64,000 nt of DNA from Candidatus Woesearchaeota archaeon (lineage in GTDB: Archaea > Nanobdellota > Nanobdellia > Woesearchaeales > UBA11576), in contig JABGYH010000007.1 of NCBI GenBank assembly GCA_018675335.1, positions 308,232-372,231 of the forward strand, in the 5' to 3' direction. The notes under the pieces were generated by a model. That model saw only the letters and a list, made by a program, of their open reading frames with translations, searched no databases and was not told the DNA's origin. Below are positions 38,719 to 49,053 of this stretch, in pieces. Position 1 is the first letter of the stretch, and every line of letters begins with the position of its first letter. The position numbers and the translations under genes were made by a program.

Positions 38719-39456
38719 ATGGGAAAAATAACACGCGAAAAATTCAAAATTAGAGGAAATGTATTTGATGATTTTACAGAAAGACTCATATTCAAATTAG
38801 AAGGAAAATACTTCGATCACATAAAAAGTCCAGTATCAATTGGAAAAGAAGCAAACATTTTTACTGCCACCGGACTTGAAGAAAAAGACTCAGAAGATAC
38901 AGAAGACGAGCGTAGACCAGTAATTCTTAAAATTTACAGACTTGAAAATTGCGAATTTAATAAAATGTATGAATATATCAAAGTTGATCCACGCTATTCC
39001 AACTTGAAAAAAAAGAAAAGAGAAATAGTATTTTCTTGGGCTCAAAGAGAGTTTAGAAATCTCCTCAAAGCACGAGAATCAGGCGTAAGAGTCCCAATAC
39101 CAATACATTGTGAACGACACATCCTGGTTTTAGAACAAATTGGAAAAGACTGTCCCGCACCTAAATTAAAAGATCAAATCCCCCAAGATATTGCTAAATT
39201 TTATGACAAGGTCGCAGAGGAAATGAAAAGACTTTATAAAGGAGGACTGGTGCACGGAGATTTAAGCGCATTTAACATACTCAATGATTGCGAAAATCCA
39301 GTGTTTATTGACTTTTCACAATCAACCACCACCCAAAATCCAATGGCACGAGAACTGTTAGATCGAGATGTAAAAAACATTTGTGATCACTTCAAAAAAA
39401 TAGGTTTAAAAACAGACGAACAAAACCTAAGAAAACAGATAAAAGAAGCTAAATAA
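38719..39456 (+). CDS. rio: RIO-type serine/threonine protein kinase
   Basis: RIO-domain motifs: PVSIGKEANIF, LVHGDLSAFNIL and FIDFSQS. Confidence 0.8.
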   Translation: MGKITREKFKIRGNVFDDFTERLIFKLEGKYFDHIKSPVSIGKEANIFTATGLEEKDSEDTEDERRPVILKIYRLENCEFNKMYEYIKVDPRYSNLKKKKREIVFSWAQREFRNLLKARESGVRVPIPIHCERHILVLEQIGKDCPAPKLKDQIPQDIAKFYDKVAEEMKRLYKGGLVHGDLSAFNILNDCENPVFIDFSQSTTTQNPMARELLDRDVKNICDHFKKIGLKTDEQNLRKQIKEAK

Positions 39457-39459
39457 AAA

Positions 39460-40101
39460 ATGGAATTCCACCACGAAATCAAAATACCAAAAGAAAGAAT
39501 CGCAGTCTTAATAGGTAAGTCTGGAGAGATTAAGCACGAGATAGAAGAAGAAACCAACACTAAAATTAACATAGACAGTAAAGAAGGCGATGTGAATTTA
39601 AGTGGAGAAGATAGTTTAGGCATATTTATTGCAAAAGATGTAATCAAAGCAATTGCCAGAGGATTTAATCCAGATCTTGCAAAACTACTTCTTAAAGGAG
39701 ATTATACATTTGATATGGTCAATATTCAAGATTATACAGGCAAATCAAAAAAAGATTCATTAAGACTAAAAGGAAGAGTTATTGGAACTGAAGGAAAATC
39801 AAGAAGACACATAGAAGACTTAACCGAAACAAACATTAGCGTATATGGAAAAACAATTGCAATTATTGGCCGTGCTGAAGATACAAACATAGCAAGAAAA
39901 GCTGTTGAAAGTTTACTTGCAGGAAGTGCACACACTTCAGTTTACAAATGGCTTGAAAAAAAGAAAAAAGAAAAAGAAAGAAATAATTTTTTACAACATA
40001 CAGAACCAGAAGAACATTTTAAAGAAATAAGCGATCTTGAAGAAGAAACTGATGAGGTGAGTTCTGAAAAAGATAACGATCAGGAAAATGACGAATCTTA
40101 A
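39460..40101 (+). CDS. KH-domain RNA-binding protein (Dim2/Pno1-like) with acidic C-terminal tail
   Basis: Two KH-like segments (IAVLIGKSGEIKHEIEEETNTKINI; GRVIGTEGKSRRHIEDLTETNISV). Starts 4 nt after rio. Confidence 0.7.
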   Translation: MEFHHEIKIPKERIAVLIGKSGEIKHEIEEETNTKINIDSKEGDVNLSGEDSLGIFIAKDVIKAIARGFNPDLAKLLLKGDYTFDMVNIQDYTGKSKKDSLRLKGRVIGTEGKSRRHIEDLTETNISVYGKTIAIIGRAEDTNIARKAVESLLAGSAHTSVYKWLEKKKKEKERNNFLQHTEPEEHFKEISDLEEETDEVSSEKDNDQENDES

Positions 40102-40234
40102 GAACGCAAAAAAATAAAAAAAGTTTAACTGAAAAAAAATAAAAATTTAACTAAAATTTATTGACTACAAAAAACAGTTAACTTTGAAAAAATCAAATTC
40201 ATATTTCATTAAACAAAAAAAAAGGTGAATATCG

Positions 40235-41947
40235 ATGTCTCAAACTAAACTAACAGAAACAGATCCAACAGGAGAAGGACAAACAAAAGCACACGAGATG
40301 GCAAAAAAACAAAGAGAAATCTCTGTTGCCGAATTCTTTGCAAAAAATCGACACTTACTCGGATTTGACAATCCAAAAAAATCACTTCTAACAACAATTA
40401 AAGAAGCAGTAGATAATTCTCTTGACGCATGTGAAGAAGCAGGACTACTTCCAGAAATTGCAGTCGAAGTAATACAAATGGGAGATAGTAGATTTAAGGT
40501 CGTAATTGAAGATAATGGACCTGGAATTGTAAAAAAACAAATACCCAACATATTCGCAAAACTTCTTTATGGAAGCAAATTTCATTCACTAAAACAACAA
40601 AGAGGACAACAAGGAATTGGAATCAGCGCATCAGTTATGTATGGGCAAATGACCACAGGAAAAGCTGCAAGAATAACCTCTCGAATCGGCGCAAACTACG
40701 AAGCGCATTATTTCGAATTAAAAATTGACACTCAAACAAACAAACCACTCATCCAAAAAGATGACATAATAGAATGGCACAAAGAAAGAGGGACAAGAAT
40801 AGAACTTGACCTTGAAGCAAGCTATTCAAAAGGAGCACAATCAATTGATGCATATCTTAAGCAAACCGCAATTGCAAATCCACATGTCACCATAATTTAT
40901 ACCAATCCAAAAGCCGAACAAATAATTTTTCCAAGAGCAGTTGATAAAATGCCCTTAGAAGCAAAAGAAATCAAACCACACCCTTATGGAATTGAACTTG
41001 GACTTCTCATAAAAATGATAAGCTGGACTGCTAGCAAAACATTACAACATTTTCTCATGAATGAATTTAGTAGAGTAAGTTCTTCTGTTGCAAAAGAAAT
41101 TTGCGAACATGCAAAACTCTTACCCAACACAAAACCAAAACAACTCAAACGAGAACATGCCGAAAAAATACTAAACGCAATCAAACAAACAAAAATTATG
41201 AATCCTCCAACAGACTGCATATCACCAATAGGATCAGATGCACTCGAAAAGGGACTCAAAAAAGAAATAAAAGCAGAATTTTATTGTGCAACTACCCGGC
41301 CTCCTTCAGTATACAGGGGAAATCCATTCGTAATTGAAGCAGCACTAGCATATGGTGGAGAAATGCCAAAAGACAAATCCATCAGAATATTAAGATATGC
41401 GAATCGAGTACCAATACAATACCAACAAAGTGCTTGTGCATCAACTCACGCAATAATGCATACTAATTTTAAAAATTATGGACTTCACCAATCAAGAAAT
41501 TCAATTCCAGTAGGGCCTATGACTCTAGTCATTCACATGGCATCAGTATGGGTTCCATTCACATCAGAAAGTAAAGAAGCAATTGCGCACTATCCAGAAA
41601 TCATCAAAGAAGTAAAACTTGCAATACAAGAATGTGGAAGACTTCTTGCAAGTTATGTTAACAAAAAAAATAGACTGCAAAAAGAAATGCAAAAAAGAAG
41701 TTACATTGAAAAATACATCCCTCACGTTGGAACCGCTTTAAAAAAATTGCTAGATCTAACAAAAGAAGACGAAGCAGAAATTGAAGAAATACTAAAAAAA
41801 ATCCTCGAACAAAAAAGAGGAAAACTCAAAAAAATAGAAGCAGAAAATTTAGAGTATGATGAAGAATTTGCAAAAATTGGATCTGCAACAGTAGAAGATG
41901 AATTAGAGTCTGATGACGAAAATAACGGAGGTGAAAACGATGAGTGA
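40235..41947 (+). CDS. top6B: DNA topoisomerase VI subunit B (GHKL ATPase)
   Basis: Bergerat-fold motifs ([26 protein letters not shown]). Confidence 0.9.
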   Translation: MSQTKLTETDPTGEGQTKAHEMAKKQREISVAEFFAKNRHLLGFDNPKKSLLTTIKEAVDNSLDACEEAGLLPEIAVEVIQMGDSRFKVVIEDNGPGIVKKQIPNIFAKLLYGSKFHSLKQQRGQQGIGISASVMYGQMTTGKAARITSRIGANYEAHYFELKIDTQTNKPLIQKDDIIEWHKERGTRIELDLEASYSKGAQSIDAYLKQTAIANPHVTIIYTNPKAEQIIFPRAVDKMPLEAKEIKPHPYGIELGLLIKMISWTASKTLQHFLMNEFSRVSSSVAKEICEHAKLLPNTKPKQLKREHAEKILNAIKQTKIMNPPTDCISPIGSDALEKGLKKEIKAEFYCATTRPPSVYRGNPFVIEAALAYGGEMPKDKSIRILRYANRVPIQYQQSACASTHAIMHTNFKNYGLHQSRNSIPVGPMTLVIHMASVWVPFTSESKEAIAHYPEIIKEVKLAIQECGRLLASYVNKKNRLQKEMQKRSYIEKYIPHVGTALKKLLDLTKEDEAEIEEILKKILEQKRGKLKKIEAENLEYDEEFAKIGSATVEDELESDDENNGGENDE

Positions 41948-43022
41948 AGTAATTGATAAAATTAAAAAAATAGCAACACAAGTACACCAAGAAATCAAAA
42001 AAGTAAAATCACCTTCATTATTCATGCCAGTAAGATCACTACAAAATGTAAGTTATGATCCAAAAGAAGGATACTTTAAATTAATCGGAAAAGAAAAAGA
42101 AAGAACACTTACTGCAACAACAGTAAAAACATTTGCTCAAACTCTCCTCATGATGGATGAGAGTAAAAACATAGTAAAGTCTGATGATATTGCCACAAAA
42201 AGAGAGATGTATTATATTTCAAAAAACTGGGGAGACGCTCGATTTAAAGAACAACCCGAATCAGACTCAGTAATGGACGACATAGAAAGCATGATGCTTG
42301 TTAATCGCGAACAACTAGGATTCATACCTGAAGAAAAAGGCGGCGATGTTGCAGGATCCCTTGTAGTCATTGACAAAGATTCAGAAACTGGGGATGAACT
42401 AAAAATTGATTGTACCAAATTTGGAAGTGGAGCATACTCAGTACCAAGTATTGTCGAACATTTAAAATTTGAAACCAAAGCTAAATTTATATTAGCCATC
42501 GAAACTGCGGGTATGTTTCAAAGACTAGTAAAACACGGCTATGCAAAAAAAGCCAATTGCATACTAGTTTCCATGGGAGGAGTACCAACTAGAGCTTGTC
42601 GAAGATTTATCAGGCGATTATCAGATGATAAAAAATTACCAGTATACGTTTTTACAGATGGCGACCCCTACGGGTTTTTCAATATTTATAGAACTTTGAA
42701 AGTAGGATCTGGAAATGCAGCTCACATAAACCAATACTTTTGCGTACCTAATGCACAATTTATTGGAATAACCCCTCAAGACATTATCGATTACAAATTA
42801 CCAACACATCCATTAAAAGATGTAGATAAGAAAAAAATCAAAGATGTAATCAAAAATGACCCATTTTGTAAAGCACACAAAGAATGGCAAAAAGCACTCA
42901 AACAATTAGCAATGATGGGTAAAAGAGCGGAGCAGCAGGCACTTGCAAAACATGGACTAAACTTTGTCATAACTGATTATCTTCCAAAAAAACTCAAAGA
43001 TCATACAACCTGGCTACCCTAA
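41940..43022 (+). CDS. top6A: DNA topoisomerase VI subunit A (Spo11-like)
   Basis: Toprim region with DGDPYGF; catalytic-Tyr region REMYYIS. The ATG at 41940 overlaps the top6B stop (ATGAGTGA); the track start is at 41913. Confidence 0.85.
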   Translation: MSEVIDKIKKIATQVHQEIKKVKSPSLFMPVRSLQNVSYDPKEGYFKLIGKEKERTLTATTVKTFAQTLLMMDESKNIVKSDDIATKREMYYISKNWGDARFKEQPESDSVMDDIESMMLVNREQLGFIPEEKGGDVAGSLVVIDKDSETGDELKIDCTKFGSGAYSVPSIVEHLKFETKAKFILAIETAGMFQRLVKHGYAKKANCILVSMGGVPTRACRRFIRRLSDDKKLPVYVFTDGDPYGFFNIYRTLKVGSGNAAHINQYFCVPNAQFIGITPQDIIDYKLPTHPLKDVDKKKIKDVIKNDPFCKAHKEWQKALKQLAMMGKRAEQQALAKHGLNFVITDYLPKKLKDHTTWLP

Positions 43023-43173
43023 AAATAGCATAAAAAAGACTAGTAACTTTTGGTTGCTAAGAGAGGTAATAAACTGAGGGAAAGATCTAATACTTAATTT
43101 CTTTTTAAATTAAGTTAAATAAGATAATAATATTTATAAATGAACTGCTGTTTCTTGAAGAATAACTCAATAC

Positions 43174-43382
43174 GGGCCCGTAGCCTAGCCTGGTAAAAAT
43201 CATCACTCACTCTGAGAATAATATTTGAAGAGTTTACTGATTTTTAGGTAAATAGGGCAACAGCCTTCTAACCAAACAAACTAAAGTTTGAGAAGAGAGC
43301 TGTGGGTCGAGGGTTCGAAATGTTTTAAGCGCTAGGTAAAACCGACCGAAATGCTTAAACCTCGAAAGTCCCTCCGGGCTCG
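43174..43382 (+). tRNA. tRNA-Arg(UCU) apparently interrupted by three introns (D-loop ~58 nt, anticodon 37/38 ~27 nt, T-loop ~49 nt)
   Basis: Removing three inserts yields a 74-nt cloverleaf: GGGCCCG-TA-GCCT-AGCCTGGTA-GGGC-A-ACAGC-CTTCTAA-GCTGT-GGGTC-GAGGG-TTCGAAA-CCCTC-CGGGCTC-G. BHB 3' half at the anticodon intron: GAAG helix plus AGA bulge. T-loop insert is flanked by duplicated TCGAAA. Confidence 0.55.
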
Positions 43383-43527
43383 TTCATATTCACTTTTGAA
43401 AATAATTCTATTTAACCAAAGTACGTTTGATAAAATAAAAAAAAATACTTTAAAAAAACAAAAATATACTTCACGAAAACTATATAAATAAACACTTGCC
43501 CCAATTGGAATAAAATACGTTCAATTT

Positions 43528-43652
43528 GGTGGAGTCGCCAAGCCCGGTAAGGCGTTCGGCTGCAATAATTGGGATGATGAGCAACCAAAAATCATGGTTG
43601 TAATGATCTAGCAGATCCCGATCATTCGAGGGTTCAAATCCCTCCTCCACCT
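43528..43652 (+). tRNA. tRNA-Cys(GCA) with ~51-nt canonical-position intron
   Basis: Acceptor GGTGGAG/CTCCACC with discriminator U; D-arm GCC-AAGCCCGGTAA-GGC; anticodon arm TTCGG-CTGCAA|intron|C-CCGAT; T-arm GAGGG-TTCAAAT-CCCTC. BHB 3' half: GCAG helix plus ATC bulge. Confidence 0.6.
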
Positions 43653-43773
43653 TTTTTATTTTTATTAAAAATATGTTTTGATTATCACATAAATTTAAAC
43701 CAAATTTGAGGTAATTAACAAAAAAAAACCAAGTTCTACACAAAACGAATTAAAAAAAATTCAAGGTGAAAAA

Positions 43774-44262
43774 ATGGCAAGTTGTGAAATGTGCGGACGC
43801 GAAGGAGACTTAACAGAAGTAGATGTTGAAGGAACAAACCTAGAAGTATGTAAAAATTGTTTAAAGTTTGGAAAACAACAAGTTAAACCTGCAGCTAAAT
43901 TTAGTAGAGCGCCAAATAAATTTAATAAAACTCAAGGCAGATTTAAACAAAGAAGAACAATACGACCTGAAGTTGTAGAAGTAATAATCAAAGGATACGG
44001 CGACAAAGTAAGTAAAGTAAGATCAAAAATGGGTTTGACCCAAGAAGAATTCGCACGCAAACTTAATGAAAAAGAAAGCCTAATTAGTAAAATCGAAAAT
44101 AATCAGTTCGAACCTAGCATAATCCTTGCAAAGAAACTTGAAACAATACTAAAAATTAAACTAATAGAAGTTCAAGAAGAAACAAAAGCCGAAATGTTAC
44201 AACAAAAAGCAAGCGGAAAAGGGCTTACCATTGCAGATTTTATTAAAGTTAGAAAAAAATAA
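43774..44262 (+). CDS. mbf1: Archaeal multiprotein bridging factor 1 (MBF1): N-terminal Zn-ribbon plus C-terminal XRE-type HTH
   Basis: CEMCGREGDL…CKNCLKFG Zn-ribbon; HTH segment SKMGLTQEEFARKLNEKESLISKIENN. Confidence 0.8.
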   Translation: MASCEMCGREGDLTEVDVEGTNLEVCKNCLKFGKQQVKPAAKFSRAPNKFNKTQGRFKQRRTIRPEVVEVIIKGYGDKVSKVRSKMGLTQEEFARKLNEKESLISKIENNQFEPSIILAKKLETILKIKLIEVQEETKAEMLQQKASGKGLTIADFIKVRKK

Positions 44263-44311
44263 ATTTGAAGTTTTACTAACACACACCAAAAACTAAAATT
44301 ATTTATTTAAA

Positions 44312-45799
44312 TTAATTTTCTGTAGTAATTAATACTTTCCAAATCTTAATACCTTGTTTAGAATAAATATTTTCAAATGTTTCTTTATTTCTTAATAAAA
44401 ATAACAACCCTTCATCCGGTTTGATCCAAACTTTACCATCAGTCATTGTTTCATCAATATAAATATAATTAATACCATATTGAGTTAACAGAGTTTTTGC
44501 AGTTTCTAAATCTCTATTTTCAAAAATCGTTTCTGACACTTTTAGTAAAAAACTTTGATCATAATTAGATCCCGAAAATGAATCTGCGAATGCAACTCTT
44601 TTTGAAATCGACTCAATCCAATAACCATTATCGTAATGACTAAGAACTACTGAATGCGCATCAGAAGCATTTTCTAAAAATGTTAATGCGTCAATAGTTT
44701 CACTTGATGGTTCAAAATTAGTAACTCGATTCATAAAAGAAACTGAAGAAAATAATAACCCTAAAATAATTAAAAAAATAGATAATTGCTTAACAAAATC
44801 AACTTTCCATTCTCGCTCATATAACATAACAAATGCCATTCCTGCTGAAACTGCAACAAAAAATGAGATATAAAAATTAGCAGAAACGCCCACTATAAAA
44901 TTTGCAAACAACAATAATAAAGCCGCTATAAAAAATATTAAAAATTGATTTTTGTGTTTCCAATATAACAAAACACCCATGCACGCAAGTAAAATTGTAA
45001 AACTACCAAAACCTGCAACTCCCCCTAAATCAGAATTTAATCCAATGAAAAAATCAGAGGAATGATTAAACAAATAATTAAGGAAATAAGGTGGTTGAAC
45101 CGAAAAAGAAATTAATCCCACTACAAATGAACTAATCAAAAACCAATCTAATTTTTTACCAGTATAAAATACATATGCAAGTAAAAGTAATACCACAACT
45201 GCAGAATTAAAAAGAGTGAATGCTGCAACAAAACCAAATATTATTGTTGAAAGTATAAGAAACATCTTTCCTTCTTGAATAAATAAATAAAAGCCTAACA
45301 ACGTCAGAAAAATAATAATTGAATGGGGATTTGAAAATGAAAATAAATAAACAAATGCAGGAGATATAACTAAAAAAATAAGAATTATTTGCCGAGTAAA
45401 TTTTGGAAATTCAAAACTAATAAGAATTTTATTAAAAATAAATAAGGAAAGAATCCCAAATATTAAAGGTAAAAGTATTGAAATATACTTAAGTGAAAAA
45501 ATAAAACCAAACAATGCTAAAAAAACATGATAAAAAGAAAAATACATGTTTCTTGAATGGAATGCTGAATCTTGAATTGAAGGTAAAGACTGAATGATAT
45601 CTAATTTATCTGGAGACACCCTATCATAATCAATTAAAGACTGTGCTAAACGCGCATGATAATAAGGTTCTGACCCAATCATTAATGGTTCGTTATTAGC
45701 AAAACGTCCTGCGTAAGGCAACAATAAAAATATGATAAAAGCTGCAACTAAAAAAATCAATAAATTCTGTTTTTTCAAATCGATTTTAAACCAATCCAT
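44312..45799 (-). CDS. Polytopic membrane protein, GT-C-fold glycosyltransferase-like (AglB/STT3- or PMT-like) with C-terminal soluble domain
   Basis: ~11 TM helices then a ~130-aa soluble C-terminus. First-loop motif GSEPYYHAR resembles the STT3/AglB xDPxxxxR loop. YDNGYWIE in the C-terminal domain is reminiscent of WWDYG. Confidence 0.4.
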   Translation of the reverse strand: MDWFKIDLKKQNLLIFLVAAFIIFLLLPYAGRFANNEPLMIGSEPYYHARLAQSLIDYDRVSPDKLDIIQSLPSIQDSAFHSRNMYFSFYHVFLALFGFIFSLKYISILLPLIFGILSLFIFNKILISFEFPKFTRQIILIFLVISPAFVYLFSFSNPHSIIIFLTLLGFYLFIQEGKMFLILSTIIFGFVAAFTLFNSAVVVLLLLAYVFYTGKKLDWFLISSFVVGLISFSVQPPYFLNYLFNHSSDFFIGLNSDLGGVAGFGSFTILLACMGVLLYWKHKNQFLIFFIAALLLLFANFIVGVSANFYISFFVAVSAGMAFVMLYEREWKVDFVKQLSIFLIILGLLFSSVSFMNRVTNFEPSSETIDALTFLENASDAHSVVLSHYDNGYWIESISKRVAFADSFSGSNYDQSFLLKVSETIFENRDLETAKTLLTQYGINYIYIDETMTDGKVWIKPDEGLLFLLRNKETFENIYSKQGIKIWKVLITTEN

Positions 45800-45946
45800 A
45801 AATAAACCACCTTAAACAATTAAATTAAATATATTTGTCATATTGAACTGTGAAACTTTTTTATTAAACATACGCATCAAACATAAGTATTAAACACAAA
45901 TATGTAACATAATTATCAAACATAGCATAAATAGTTAACATAAAAA

Positions 45947-47509
45947 TTAACCAAACTTACATTTAACCTCATATATTTTAATATCAATTATTGAATTATT
46001 AGTGGTCGCTAACTCAACTTCAGCAGGAATTGACTCTGACTCATAAACTAAAGGAAAACATTCTTTATCCACATATTTTATTTTTTTAATATCATAATCA
46101 AATTTAGTATGATCTGAAAAATAAATATAATCAACAGAATATTTCTGTAATAACTCTAATGCTTCGGATTTAAACAAAAACGAATACATCCCTTTAATAT
46201 CATCAAAATAAACTGAAGAATCTTTAATTAATAAAAAGTTCATATCACCAACATTTTTTCTGTTAGAAATGCTCGCAATAAACTGTCCCTCACCTAATGT
46301 AGATAAAATAACTGAATCTTTTGGAGTATTTTGTTTGATCCATTCAAATGCCTCAAACTCTTCTTCGGATAATGCATTATCCATTTTTTTACTCGAAAAC
46401 GCAAAACATGCTAAAACAGATGTGAGAATGAAAATAATCAATAATGTTGCTATGAAAACTTTTTTGAAAAACGCAAATTTTGTTTGTTCAAAATAAGAAA
46501 TCAAAAAACGATATGCAGGACCTGCTAAAATAGATAAAAATAAACTCAATAAAATTAAACCAAGTTCTAATCTAACAAGTTTTAGCCAGAGTAAAATAGT
46601 AATTGCAAAAACAAACGATCTTAAAAGATAAACTTTCTTATCTTTATCTTTTAACATACACTTATACATCGAAAAAACTCCGAGAACGAAGGGTAAAATA
46701 CCCACTGTTGTGAATGCTTCTAGAATTGATGTATCTTTAAAATATGAAAATAAAATTTGATGTGGAAAATTCTGCCAAATAACTGCATAACCATGAAATA
46801 AAAATGCATTTTTAAAGAAAATAAATTCAAACCAAATAACAAAAAAAGTTGCAAACAAAATTAATTCTAGCTCCAACCAATTAGTGTTTTTATACTCTAG
46901 TCTCATGAAAACTAAGTACAACAATAAACCAATAATTAAAAAGAAAATTATAGGCGAAACTAAAGGCACAATAAAACAAAGTAAAACAAAATAATAAATA
47001 TATTTTTTTGATTGTGAAACTTTTAAGAAAAAATAGATCAGTAAAAAGAATAGCGGAACAGATAATGAATACACAGAAACCGAATTAACAGTCTCTGCAA
47101 TATAAATCGGAATAAATGAACAAATAAATGCAGTTATAAGTGAATCTCTTCGATTACCCATAATCTCATACGCGATTAAATATGCGATGAATACAAATGT
47201 TGCTGCAAAAATATTTGGTAAAATTTTGGCAGTTAAAAAAGTACCAAAAAATAATGAAAAAAATGATAAAATATAATGAAACAACGGCGCAAACATAAAA
47301 AAACGACCAGAGTAAGAAAGTGAATCTTCAAATAGCGGAATTCCTGTTTCTCTTATGTGCTCAATTTGCCTTAAATTAAAATATGCAGACTCACCAGTAA
47401 AATGAGGTGATTGAAATGCAAAATAAAGACGAATAGATAATGAAATTACAAATAATCCAATTAACAAATATAAATACTTTTTTTGTGCTTTTGAAAGATT
47501 AAATTTCAT
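45947..47509 (-). CDS. Polytopic membrane protein, paralogous GT-C-fold glycosyltransferase-like
   Basis: Same architecture as the downstream gene; first-loop motif ESAYFNLRQIEH. Confidence 0.4.
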   Translation of the reverse strand: MKFNLSKAQKKYLYLLIGLFVISLSIRLYFAFQSPHFTGESAYFNLRQIEHIRETGIPLFEDSLSYSGRFFMFAPLFHYILSFFSLFFGTFLTAKILPNIFAATFVFIAYLIAYEIMGNRRDSLITAFICSFIPIYIAETVNSVSVYSLSVPLFFLLIYFFLKVSQSKKYIYYFVLLCFIVPLVSPIIFFLIIGLLLYLVFMRLEYKNTNWLELELILFATFFVIWFEFIFFKNAFLFHGYAVIWQNFPHQILFSYFKDTSILEAFTTVGILPFVLGVFSMYKCMLKDKDKKVYLLRSFVFAITILLWLKLVRLELGLILLSLFLSILAGPAYRFLISYFEQTKFAFFKKVFIATLLIIFILTSVLACFAFSSKKMDNALSEEEFEAFEWIKQNTPKDSVILSTLGEGQFIASISNRKNVGDMNFLLIKDSSVYFDDIKGMYSFLFKSEALELLQKYSVDYIYFSDHTKFDYDIKKIKYVDKECFPLVYESESIPAEVELATTNNSIIDIKIYEVKCKFG

Positions 47510-47684
47510 GGTTTACACACATTTTACACACATAAGTTATTGACGCTAAAACACTTTAAAATAATAAATATTAATATCATTTCACTGCTTTAAAAAGATA
47601 AAAATCAAAGGGGTTTAAAAAACTTTGGCAAAAGACTAACTGAGAATGTAAAACTATTTAAACAGCAAAAAAAACAAAATAAAT

Positions 47685-48365
47685 ATGGAAAAAACACCCA
47701 CAGGGAGCAATGTATTTGATAAATTACTTAATGGAGGCTATGAACTAGAAACACTCACAACCGTTTATGGTCCATCAGGCAGTGGAAAAAGTAACTTGTG
47801 CCATGTAAGTGCAGTTAATACCATACTAAATGAAAATAAAAAAGTAATTTATGTTGATACAGAAGGAGGATTTAGTTTAGAAAGACTAAAACAAATCACC
47901 CCCCGATATGACGAAATTTTGGAAAAAATAGTTATTTTAAAACCAACAAATTTTGAAGAACAAAAAAAAGCATTTCTTAAATTAAATAAATTATTAACCA
48001 ATGAAGATGTCGGACTCATAATTGTTGACACAATTTCTATGTTATACCGACTTGAACTTGGCAAAACCGAAGAAACATACAGCATAAATCGCGAACTCGG
48101 AATACAAATTGCGCTCATAACTGAAATATGTAGAAAGAAAAAAATACCTATTTTAGTAACAACACAAGTATATGCAAATTTCGAAGAACAAAACCAAGTA
48201 AAAATCGTCGGCGGAGACATACTAAAATATGCAAGCAAATGCTTAGTAGAATTAAAAGTATTAAAACACGGACGAATGGCAATTCTTAGAAAACACCGAA
48301 GCATAAAAGAAGGACGCGAAGCATTATTTAAAATTGAAGATAGCGGACTCATAGAAATAATTTAA
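47685..48365 (+). CDS. radB: RadB-like RecA-superfamily ATPase
   Basis: Walker A GPSGSGKSNLC; Walker B LIIVDTIS; 226 aa (RadB size, no N-terminal HhH domain). Confidence 0.65.
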   Translation: MEKTPTGSNVFDKLLNGGYELETLTTVYGPSGSGKSNLCHVSAVNTILNENKKVIYVDTEGGFSLERLKQITPRYDEILEKIVILKPTNFEEQKKAFLKLNKLLTNEDVGLIIVDTISMLYRLELGKTEETYSINRELGIQIALITEICRKKKIPILVTTQVYANFEEQNQVKIVGGDILKYASKCLVELKVLKHGRMAILRKHRSIKEGREALFKIEDSGLIEII

Positions 48366-48450
48366 AATAAAATTCAGCAAATACTAACTCATATTAACGA
48401 AAAAATAACCAATAAAATTAAAGAAAAAAAGATAAAAAAAATATTAAAAT

Positions 48451-49053
48451 TTATGTTTCACAAAAGTCATCAAAAGGCACATCTAATTCTTTACCTTGTT
48501 CTAGTAAACCTCTATGTCTCATATATTCTCTAGTTAAAATATGAAATAACAAACCTAAACTTTTCTTACCCTTATTATTACAAGGCATAACAAAATCAAG
48601 ATTATTAGTTTGGTTGTTTGTATCACATAAAGCAACAACAGGAATACCTACCTTTAGCGCATCCTTAATTGGATTACGATCAGGCCATGCATCTACTGCA
48701 AGTAAAACTTTTGCTTCAATAAACTCATTCAAACTAGGATTTGTTAAAACTCCAGGAGGATAACGTCCAGGAAAAGCTCTTGATCCAGTAAGTTTTGCAA
48801 ACATTCTAATCGGTCTCCACCCATTTTCACGCCTACTAACTACAACAATATCTTCAGGAGCGTAATTTGCGAGAAATTTCGCCGCGAGTGCTATACGTTC
48901 ATCAATTTTTTGAAGATTAAGAACAAATAATCCATCAGGTCTTACTTTGTAAATGAAATTCTCCATATATTTAGTTTTAAATTTTGTACCAATATGAATA
49001 CCTGCTTTAAGATATTGATCGATTGGAACTAATAATTGTTTTTGTTCAGCCAT
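48451..49053 (-). CDS. rps2: 30S ribosomal protein S2 (uS2)
   Basis: uS2 conserved blocks (…GIHIGTK…, VVVSRRENGWRP, VVALCDTNNQTNNLDFVMPCNNKGKKSLGLL). Confidence 0.85.
   Translation of the reverse strand: MAEQKQLLVPIDQYLKAGIHIGTKFKTKYMENFIYKVRPDGLFVLNLQKIDERIALAAKFLANYAPEDIVVVSRRENGWRPIRMFAKLTGSRAFPGRYPPGVLTNPSLNEFIEAKVLLAVDAWPDRNPIKDALKVGIPVVALCDTNNQTNNLDFVMPCNNKGKKSLGLLFHILTREYMRHRGLLEQGKELDVPFDDFCET

Noticed and set aside
43480-43743. 87-aa minus-strand ORF
   Set aside because: It overlaps the tRNA-Cys gene region; its translation has no domain features, and the tRNA fold is strong.
47849-48352. 167-aa ORF antisense to radB
   Set aside because: Embedded antisense; RadB has Walker A/B motifs on the sense strand.
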